Shown here piece after piece: positions 57,276 to 64,000 of a DNA stretch of 64,000 nt. The first letter of the stretch is position 1. Each line of letters starts with the position of its first letter. The stretch is from Candidatus Gottesmanbacteria bacterium. GTDB lineage: Bacteria > Patescibacteriota > Microgenomatia > UBA10105 > UBA927. The stretch is from contig JAUXTO010000022.1 in assembly GCA_030679255.1 (NCBI GenBank), positions 64,915 to 128,914 of the forward strand, given 5' to 3'. Below the pieces are notes generated by a model, which saw only the letters and a program-made list of their open reading frames with translations, had not been told where the DNA came from and did not search any database. A program made the position numbers and the translations under genes.

Positions 57276-58135
57276 GCTTGAAGACACGATTCTAATACTC
57301 CTGTCATTCCCTTGAGATCATCAGCATACATAGGATCTCTTTTTGTGGTGCGAAGCAATCCAAGCGCCTCTTGTACAGCCTCACGCGAAGCCTCATCCGT
57401 GATCGAATTCCCTTGTCCAATCCGGAGTATCAACTTATTATGTGGAAATATACGATTTTCTGTAAACGATGTATACTGATCGTCTGTCATGATGGCGCTG
57501 GCGAGCATGGTTTTTGGATCACACGCGATAGTTCCCCGCTTCCCTTTGTGAATAATCAAATCATATCTCGGAAATACGCGTTCTTCTCCAACGGCGGGAT
57601 TCCAATACACCACTGCATCGTTATGGACAATCCGTGTTTCTTTGTTAGCTACATCCACAACTCGCAATAACGCCAAACGATCGCTGCTCTCCGGCGCAGC
57701 ACCCAAATCCATTTCCGCTACATGAAATGTTCTGTCTGCCAACCCCCCATGAAACCACCGCTCTGGCGGAACAGTCGTGACATCTAGGCCTCGCGCTCTA
57801 TCATAACGATTCGGCTCGGGTCTTGCCTCCCGATCAAGCCCCTGCATATTTAATTGCACCATTGCCGCTTTTCTTTTTTTGACATCTTTTCTATGTTCAA
57901 AATACGTACGTGCCCGTTCAGCCTCATCCAAACTCTCCTCCCCCTTTTTGACTCTATGCATAATTTGACCAAGCTCCCTGCCTGCCTCTTTGACACTCAG
58001 AGTTGCCCTTTTCAGGGGCGCCTGAACACGTGCCAATAGGCTAGCAGAAACCTTGTCCCGCAGCGCCTGCTGCGCGGGCGTTTGTTCCATCGCCGGTGTC
58101 CAATTGACTGGTTTGCCTTCTGTTACTTCAACCAT
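57260..58135 (-). CDS. hypothetical protein, cassette paralog B (K/R-rich N-terminal extension)
   Basis: C-terminal ~150 aa homologous to paralog A (RIVHNDAVVYWNPAVGEERVFPRYDLIIHKGKRGTIACDP versus RYHLAQKVRYFDPATGADKVAPGFETITYKNEKGIIVIDP). Confidence 0.45.
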   Translation of the reverse strand: MVEVTEGKPVNWTPAMEQTPAQQALRDKVSASLLARVQAPLKRATLSVKEAGRELGQIMHRVKKGEESLDEAERARTYFEHRKDVKKRKAAMVQLNMQGLDREARPEPNRYDRARGLDVTTVPPERWFHGGLADRTFHVAEMDLGAAPESSDRLALLRVVDVANKETRIVHNDAVVYWNPAVGEERVFPRYDLIIHKGKRGTIACDPKTMLASAIMTDDQYTSFTENRIFPHNKLILRIGQGNSITDEASREAVQEALGLLRTTKRDPMYADDLKGMTGVLESCLQAIPTP

Positions 58136-58154
58136 AATTTTCTCCTACTTGGAT

Positions 58155-58200
58155 AGTACTCTCTCTCTCTGGAAAATCAAGCGGTGGGTGCGAATCAACA
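58155..58200 (+). repeat. direct repeat R2, second copy
   Basis: See 57063-57110. Confidence 0.6.
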
Positions 58201-58226
58201 CGGTGAAGGCGTGCTACAATAATCCC

Positions 58227-58556
58227 ATGGCGTGGAATGTCCGATTCTTTCAAACAACAAGAGGCGACTATCCGGTAAAAAAATTCATTGAGGAACAAGA
58301 CATGCCCACTATTGCCAAAATAACTCACTCGATCGAACTTTTGGAAAGCTATGGCCCCTACCTCAAGCCCCCATACATCAAAAAACTTGAAGACAAACTT
58401 TATGAATTGAGAATATCTGGTAAAATCGCGGTCCGAATTTTTTATACGATGTCACACAATGCGTACTACTTGTTACACGCTTTCAAAAAGAAAACGAATA
58501 AGACGCCTCGCAGGGACCTCCGCACCGCCCTTGACAGAACAAGAGAACTAATATAG
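58227..58556 (+). CDS. higB: HigB-like (RelE/ParE superfamily, phage Gp49-like) toxin
   Basis: VRFFQTTRGDYPVKKFIE...LYELRISGKIAVRIFY...YYLLHAFKKK matches the Gp49/HigB family. Start taken at MAWNVRFF. Confidence 0.7.
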   Translation: MAWNVRFFQTTRGDYPVKKFIEEQDMPTIAKITHSIELLESYGPYLKPPYIKKLEDKLYELRISGKIAVRIFYTMSHNAYYLLHAFKKKTNKTPRRDLRTALDRTRELI

Positions 58557-58568
58557 CATATATGCTAT

Positions 58569-58853
58569 ATGAAACACCGACACATGGATTTTTCCGTTTG
58601 GAAAAAACAGGCTTTACAAAATCCGGCGCTGCGGACAGAATATGATAAGCTGCAACCGGAATTTGCGCTTATTCGTGCTGTGGTAGAAGCCAGGACAAAA
58701 CGAGGCCTCACGCAAACGGAGCTAGCCCAACGGATAGGCACCAAGCAATCTGTCATTTCTCGACTTGAGATCGGCAGAGCAAACCCATCGGTAGCATTCC
58801 TCAAAAAACTCGCAGAGGCGCTCAACAGTAACCTACAAATCCGCTTTACGTAA
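58569..58853 (+). CDS. higA: XRE-family HTH antitoxin (HigA-like)
   Basis: RTKRGLTQTELAQRIGTKQSVISRLEIGRANPSVAFLKKLAEAL is a Cro/C1-type HTH. Confidence 0.75.
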   Translation: MKHRHMDFSVWKKQALQNPALRTEYDKLQPEFALIRAVVEARTKRGLTQTELAQRIGTKQSVISRLEIGRANPSVAFLKKLAEALNSNLQIRFT

Positions 58854-58854
58854 T

Positions 58855-59763
58855 ATGATACCGGCCTATCCGAAAATTTTCTCCATCGGCTCGCCCTACA
58901 TCCCTCATCTCTTCAAGGGGAGCGTTGAAGTGACGGAAAAAATAGACGGCAGCCAATTTACCTTTGGTCTGGATAGTCAGAAAAACCTACTGCTTCGCAG
59001 CAAAGGCAAAGACCTCTATATTGATGATCCGGAAAAAATGTTCCAGGGTGCCATCGATTATGTGGTCGCAATTGGCGAAAAAATAAAAAAACAATTTCCC
59101 CCGGAAACGTTCTTTTATACGGAATTTTTAAGTACACCAAAACACAATGTCTTACCGTATGCACGGATTCCCAACAATCATCTCATGGTGTTTGCTGCCT
59201 ATTTTGCAGGCACCGGATTTGTCGATTATAAAAAATTAAAAGTAATAAGCGATCTGTTGGATCTTGAGGTCGTACCGCTTCTTTTTGAAGGAGAAATAAA
59301 AAATGTTGAAGAACTGAACCATTTGCTCAATCGTACAAGCGGCTTGGGCGGCGAAACCGTTGAGGGAATTGTGGTAAAAAACTACGCGCAAACGGTCTTT
59401 ATTGCCGACCAGGTCTTTCCTTCGTTGGGCAAATTTGTCCGGGAACAGTTTAAAGAACGCCATAAAAAGGAGTGGAAGAGAAAAGAAGGAAAAGGCAAAT
59501 GGCAAACCTTCTTGGAAAGTTTTCGGACCGATGCCAGATTTAGAAAATCGGTACAACACCTTACCGAAAAAGGGGAGCTAAGCTTTACTCCCGCCGATAT
59601 TGGCAAACTTATGGTCGAGCTGAAAAAAGATGTTATTGACGAAGAAAAAGAAGCGATCAAAGAAGAACTCTACACATTCTTTATTGATGAAATTTTGCGC
59701 AAAGCCACCGCTGGGTTCCCCGAGTGGTATAAAGAGCAACTGCTGAAAAAAGCCTTTACCTAG
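58855..59763 (+). CDS. ATP-dependent RNA ligase, Rnl2/nucleotidyltransferase family
   Basis: Motif I EKIDGSQFTF (KxDG), motif IV-like EGIVVKNY, and lysine-rich motif V. Confidence 0.55.
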   Translation: MIPAYPKIFSIGSPYIPHLFKGSVEVTEKIDGSQFTFGLDSQKNLLLRSKGKDLYIDDPEKMFQGAIDYVVAIGEKIKKQFPPETFFYTEFLSTPKHNVLPYARIPNNHLMVFAAYFAGTGFVDYKKLKVISDLLDLEVVPLLFEGEIKNVEELNHLLNRTSGLGGETVEGIVVKNYAQTVFIADQVFPSLGKFVREQFKERHKKEWKRKEGKGKWQTFLESFRTDARFRKSVQHLTEKGELSFTPADIGKLMVELKKDVIDEEKEAIKEELYTFFIDEILRKATAGFPEWYKEQLLKKAFT

Positions 59764-61240
59764 GTTTATTGATGACAATCGGGCGCAAGCGGCTCATTTC
59801 CTCGAGAGAATAGTGCACTCCTTGGACCCCGAGGCCCGAACGTTTGACCCCAAGAAATGGAAAGTGGTCGGGGCCGCGTTGGGGACTCCCATTAATTTGA
59901 ACGGTGCCAACGTTTAACTGCTTGGCCACCACAATCCCCGCCCCCTCGTCTTGGGTAAACACCGAGGCCTGCAGTCCAAACCGCGATGCATTGATGATCC
60001 CCACTGCCTCCCCAATGTCCTTAACAGTGATGAAAGACACCACCGGTCCGAATACTTCCTCTCGCACTGCCGGCATTTCCGGCCGGACGTCAGATAATAT
60101 TGTTGGCTCGACGAATGCGTTTGTTCGCCTGCCACCGGTAATAATTTTTGCCCCAGCCTTCACGGTCTCACCGATGAGCGACTGGATATGTTCGGCTGCC
60201 GCAATGGAAACAACTGGTCCCACGAGTTTGGTCTCCGGACTCCGGGGATCACCCATGTGCACAAGCTCAGGCATTTGTTTCATGATGACTGTTTGAAGTG
60301 ATGCAAGGGTGTCAGGCATTCCGAGGACATACTTGATCGCCGTACAGCGCTGCCCGGCATACGAGAAGGCTCCTTTGATAATCTCGCGGGCGGTGAGATT
60401 CATATCCGCGTCCGGGAGAACTAAGGCTGGATTGTTGCCGCCGCATTCAAAGACCAACGTCTTCATCCCCGCCTTTTTAGCTATGGCCTCCCCAGTGTCT
60501 GAGTTTCCTGTGAAGGTGATGCAATCGATGCCCGGATGAGAAACGAGATAATCCCCGATATCACTCCCCGTCCCCGTCACACACGTGAGCGCTCCTTCCG
60601 GTACACCTGCTTTCAGAAATGCTTGTGCCAAATGGAGCGCGCTTATTCCCCCTTGCGTCGGCGGCTTAAAGACGACCGCGTTACCCATCAGGAGCGCCGG
60701 GGCGAGTTTACTCGCAGTAAGATTGACGGGATAATTAAAGGGTGCAATAGCAAGAACTGTCCCCCATGCCACGCGCTCGATGAGACCAATCCGTCCTTTG
60801 TCATACCCAGGAAAATTATCGCTATCCAGAGTCTCCCCGCGCATCGACTGGACTTCATCGGCGTAGTAATCGATGAGGTCAGCGGTCCGGACAATTTCAC
60901 TTTTGGCTTCTCCCATGGACTTGCCAATTTCTTTTGCAAGCAATGTTGAAAGATATTCTTCAAAATGCCGGATCCAGTCGGCCGCCAAATGCATGATCTT
61001 TACGCGTTGGTTAAGGGGTGTGGCTTCCCACTTCGCTTGTCCGGTTTTAGCAGAGGTCATCACCGCGTCAATCTCGACTATCGTCACGACCTGCAGTGCC
61101 CCCACCACACTATCATCTATAGGAGAATGGATCTCTACCGTTTTTCCGCTCGCGCTTTCCACCCACTCTTTTCCATTAAAAAAACGATACACAGGTGGTG
61201 TCGCGTGATTACTGAGGGTTTCAAAAAATTCTTCCGGCAT
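59756..61240 (-). CDS. gapN: NADP-dependent non-phosphorylating glyceraldehyde-3-phosphate dehydrogenase (aldehyde dehydrogenase family)
   Basis: ALDH motifs FKPPTQGG, catalytic FECGGNNPALV (Glu) and GQRCTA (Cys). N-terminus resembles GapN. Confidence 0.8.
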   Translation of the reverse strand: MPEEFFETLSNHATPPVYRFFNGKEWVESASGKTVEIHSPIDDSVVGALQVVTIVEIDAVMTSAKTGQAKWEATPLNQRVKIMHLAADWIRHFEEYLSTLLAKEIGKSMGEAKSEIVRTADLIDYYADEVQSMRGETLDSDNFPGYDKGRIGLIERVAWGTVLAIAPFNYPVNLTASKLAPALLMGNAVVFKPPTQGGISALHLAQAFLKAGVPEGALTCVTGTGSDIGDYLVSHPGIDCITFTGNSDTGEAIAKKAGMKTLVFECGGNNPALVLPDADMNLTAREIIKGAFSYAGQRCTAIKYVLGMPDTLASLQTVIMKQMPELVHMGDPRSPETKLVGPVVSIAAAEHIQSLIGETVKAGAKIITGGRRTNAFVEPTILSDVRPEMPAVREEVFGPVVSFITVKDIGEAVGIINASRFGLQASVFTQDEGAGIVVAKQLNVGTVQINGSPQRGPDHFPFLGVKRSGLGVQGVHYSLEEMSRLRPIVINKPR

Positions 61241-61260
61241 CGTAAATATAGTGTAGCAGG

Positions 61261-61542
61261 TTACGAAGATTTCTTGTATACCGTTTCATGCCGACCAATA
61301 GCGAGGAAACGAGCCGTGGTTTTACCAATCCATTCATACACGATACGAATATCGCCGGTAATTGAAAAAGCGTACTTCCCCTCCATGCCTCCGTGAAGTT
61401 TGTGATTGCCAAGTCGCGTGTCGTCAGGGTTATTTTTAAACCATCGCAGCCGCAGGGTGATACTCTCCTGGAGGTTCGAATCGTTTTGTACCACTTTTCT
61501 GTAGTTTTGATGGTACGCTCCGGTGTATCGTACGTTTACCAT
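61261..61542 (-). CDS. RelE/StbE-family toxin
   Basis: GGMEGKYAFSITGDIRIVYEWIGKTTARFLAIGRHETVY is the RelE core. Confidence 0.75.
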   Translation of the reverse strand: MVNVRYTGAYHQNYRKVVQNDSNLQESITLRLRWFKNNPDDTRLGNHKLHGGMEGKYAFSITGDIRIVYEWIGKTTARFLAIGRHETVYKKSS

Positions 61543-61807
61543 GACGTTTCGGCAGATGGCTCATCACAAATTTATGAAACGGAGTCACCCCATCCCATTC
61601 TACATCATTTTCGATTGGTTCAGCGGCAGACTTTAATACTTCAGCTTCAAACTCTGGGGTAAATCCATTTTCGGTAAGCCGGGGATAGAGCCAATCGCGA
61701 AGCGTATCGCGGAAAAGCTCGCTCATCGACGAATACCCCCGACGCGCAAGGTAGGCTTTTGCATCTTCGTACATGGTTTTGGGAAGAGAAATGTTGATCG
61801 TCATCAT
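61436..61807 (-). CDS. ribbon-helix-helix antitoxin (ParD/RelB-like); 3' boundary uncertain (overlaps toxin start by ~100 nt in another frame)
   Basis: MTINISLPKTMYEDAKAYLARRGYSSMSELFRDTLRDWL is an RHH fold, directly upstream of RelE. Confidence 0.45.
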   Translation of the reverse strand: MMTINISLPKTMYEDAKAYLARRGYSSMSELFRDTLRDWLYPRLTENGFTPEFEAEVLKSAAEPIENDVEWDGVTPFHKFVMSHLPKRHGKRTIHRSVPSKLQKSGTKRFEPPGEYHPAAAMV

Positions 61808-61842
61808 ATGGCAAGTATTGTATAACAATCATACAAATATTG

Positions 61843-62397
61843 TCAACGACAACTCCCCCACAGCCCTCTCCCCTCCCTTCGCGCTTCTCTCTCTGCTTCC
61901 AAAAATTGCTCCCGGTGGGCCACATCCGGTGGAACGGTGTCGATCCTTGCCGCACCCTGACGGACTAAATAGTCATTAACGAACACTTCTCCTACATAAA
62001 CATACCGGAGGAGTCTCCCGTACTTATCCGTATCAGAAATATCTCTCTCAAGTCGTACAGTCTTCCCGTCTACTAGTCTCGCGTTTTCTTCTTTCGCTTC
62101 TTTCCCAAAACATTGTACGGTGCGTCTGGGATCCACACTTTCCGGAGTATCCACTCCGATGTACCGGACTTTCCGCTTGTCAGTAAGCTCAATCGTGTCT
62201 CCATCAATGACTCGACCCACGACCGCTATTTCTACGCCGGGGCCGGCTACTCCCGACGAAGTCGCAACACCTGCTGAAATTGCGGATTGCCTTGCTGATG
62301 ATGGTAGTGAAGATTTAGAAATCCATGAAGTATTGTATCCTAATGCACTGAGTCCACCAAGCACAAAAATCACCCCATATTTCATCCATCGCTTCAT
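61843..62397 (-). CDS. secreted thermonuclease (staphylococcal nuclease/SNase-like)
   Basis: Signal peptide; VIDGDTIEL...VRYIGVDTPE...YGRLLRYVYV catalytic motifs. Confidence 0.8.
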   Translation of the reverse strand: MKRWMKYGVIFVLGGLSALGYNTSWISKSSLPSSARQSAISAGVATSSGVAGPGVEIAVVGRVIDGDTIELTDKRKVRYIGVDTPESVDPRRTVQCFGKEAKEENARLVDGKTVRLERDISDTDKYGRLLRYVYVGEVFVNDYLVRQGAARIDTVPPDVAHREQFLEAEREARREGRGLWGSCR

Positions 62398-62420
62398 CCC
62401 ATTATTCTATCATCACTGAT

Positions 62421-62984
62421 TTATGCCCGCTCCAAATACTGGCCCGTCTCCGTATCAACGGCAATCGTATCCCCTTCTTTGATGAAGAGCGGCACGGTGA
62501 CAGAGAGCCCCGTCTCGACTTTGGCGACTTTACCCGCTCCCGCGACCGTGTCTCCACGCGCGCCTTCGATGGCCTCGGTCACAAGGAGCCGCACTTTCTT
62601 GGGAAACCGCAGTCCCAACACATCCGATTCGTGCACGAGCAATTGATAGGTATCATTTAATTTAATATACGGCAGATAATCAGATAGTACGCTTTCACTA
62701 ACCAAATATTGTTCGTAGGTAAAATTTTCCATGAAGACATAGTTCACACCTTCCTTATAGAGATACTGCGCCTCATGAGTCTCGACCGGAATCTCGGTCA
62801 CACTCTCCCCCGCCTTAAACGTGAAGTCCTGCACTTTGCCGGTCTTGAGAGATTTGAGCCGCGTGCGCACAAACGCGCTCCCCTTGCCGGGATTGACGTG
62901 CTGAAACTCGACAATGGCGTGTGGCTCGCTTTTAAATTCTATGACCCCGCCCTTACGGAATTCTGCTGTAGTAATAGTCGACAT
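62421..62984 (-). CDS. efp: translation elongation factor P
   Basis: 187 aa; three OB/KOW-like domains; GKGSAFVRTRLKSLKTGK region with the modified-lysine loop. Confidence 0.9.
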   Translation of the reverse strand: MSTITTAEFRKGGVIEFKSEPHAIVEFQHVNPGKGSAFVRTRLKSLKTGKVQDFTFKAGESVTEIPVETHEAQYLYKEGVNYVFMENFTYEQYLVSESVLSDYLPYIKLNDTYQLLVHESDVLGLRFPKKVRLLVTEAIEGARGDTVAGAGKVAKVETGLSVTVPLFIKEGDTIAVDTETGQYLERA

Positions 62985-63064
62985 AGTGATAATTGTATCT
63001 CAATGAAAAACTCCCTTCCTCGGGAGTATCCCCTATTATCCCAAATCTGCCACCGAGGCGCAAC

Positions 63065-63826
63065 TTACCTCCCGTAGTTTTGCCACAACAAATCAAAGAG
63101 CACAGATTGTGTTTGTGCCAACTCTTCATTCCAGATTTCTGTAGCGACCACCGCATCTTTGCCGTACCCCACTAAATAGATTTTCTGCTTGGTGATGATC
63201 GTATCGGAAGAAAACGTGACTCCTTCCGGTAAAATCGACAGTTCGTGCCTGTCTGATGCATAAAGCTTTTTGTATTCAACCGCTTCTTTGCACTTGACCA
63301 TGAGCTCCTTTGCCCGTCCCCCGCTTTCCCGTATCGCCTGGGGAATTTTATGAAAATACTCCGGCATACTCGCCTTCACCCGGCCTGGATGGAATATCGA
63401 CACAAACGATGACTCCTTCACGACCTCCTCGTACATCAGGGCTACCCGCGCCGGGCCTTCATAAAATTGCACTGCCGGCCGGATCGCGTGAGTCGCTTCC
63501 AATTTGACCAGCTCCGGAAGCCGGGACACGAGGATAGATTTGGCCTCCCCTATCTCCCGACGTTTGCGCTCGAGAACTCCCGGTAGATCGGCAACAGGGA
63601 TGGGCTTGGCATGCATGACCCCCCGGTGAGCGAATAGTGAAACAACTCCCGCAGCAATCAGCCGGTCGGCAATCACATACATGGACGAGCGGTTGATTCC
63701 GGCGCGTTTGGCCCACGCGCTCACGGGACTCGCGCCCAGTTTGACAAGCTCAAGAAACGCATCCGTATCCTTACCGTCCAGATGAAATTGAGAAAATATA
63801 TCGTTCATACCATTGTTGTTGTACAT
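63065..63826 (-). CDS. TrmB-family transcriptional regulator
   Basis: N-terminal winged HTH DAFLELVKLGASPVSAWAKRAGINRSSMYVIADRLIAAGVV, with a TrmB-like C-terminal domain. Confidence 0.55.
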   Translation of the reverse strand: MYNNNGMNDIFSQFHLDGKDTDAFLELVKLGASPVSAWAKRAGINRSSMYVIADRLIAAGVVSLFAHRGVMHAKPIPVADLPGVLERKRREIGEAKSILVSRLPELVKLEATHAIRPAVQFYEGPARVALMYEEVVKESSFVSIFHPGRVKASMPEYFHKIPQAIRESGGRAKELMVKCKEAVEYKKLYASDRHELSILPEGVTFSSDTIITKQKIYLVGYGKDAVVATEIWNEELAQTQSVLFDLLWQNYGR

Positions 63827-64000
63827 TCACAACACATCACTATAGCCTCATTGTAGCTACATTTACTCCATTTGTCAAGTAGTAATGTTGTAAATATTTG
63901 ACAGATATAGTCTGATAGTATATGATGTTTTTTATATGAATTATCTTGAATCTGAACTATTGGGCCTTTTTGGGAATGTAATAAAGGAGCAACATGAACA

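Overview
This 64-kb window reads as a bacterial fragment, probably from a small-genome lineage such as Patescibacteria/CPR (inference). The bacterial call rests on FtsH, EF-P, NrdR, GuaA and DinJ/YafQ; the lineage call rests on fused multi-domain housekeeping genes, a stand-alone Pol I-type 5'-3' exonuclease and a VirB4-like ATPase. Housekeeping content comprises: a pyruvate-phosphate-dikinase-like enzyme; a GT4 glycosyltransferase; ftsH; trpS (three-domain fusion); an Asp/Glu racemase; an nrdR-nrdJ-pduO operon; a CHASE2 adenylate cyclase; a nucleotide-salvage cluster of three phosphoribosyltransferases next to guaA; gapN; efp; a thermonuclease. The window is unusually rich in type II toxin-antitoxin loci (at least 11: RelE/Phd, YafQ/DinJ, four PIN/VapC pairs, MazE/Doc, two BrnT/BrnA, HigBA, RelE/RHH). 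It also carries two Fic-MerR paralogs and two GIY-YIG genes. I found four tRNA genes by hand folding. tRNA-Met(CAT) at 27937-28008 is clean. tRNA-Trp(CCA) at 19488-19559 sits inside the 162-nt intervening sequence of a second, perfectly foldable split tRNA at 19434-19659. A possible tRNA-Ile(UAU) lies at 31573-31644. The most system-like signal is a tandem array of small cassettes at the 3' end of guaA (55.6-58.2 kb). Each cassette is bounded by a direct repeat copying the last ~25 nt of guaA. The array carries a VapBC pair and two mutually homologous hypothetical proteins, and is followed by HigBA and an Rnl2-like RNA ligase. A second unusual signal is several short repeat families inserted in frame into unrelated genes (GT4, Pol I exonuclease, TrpRS, hypothetical proteins), encoding KSQAPNS-, TTNTTN- and KPGF-like peptide segments. 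No CRISPR array, rRNA gene or transposase was seen. All functional calls are from motif-level reading of the translations; no database search was run.
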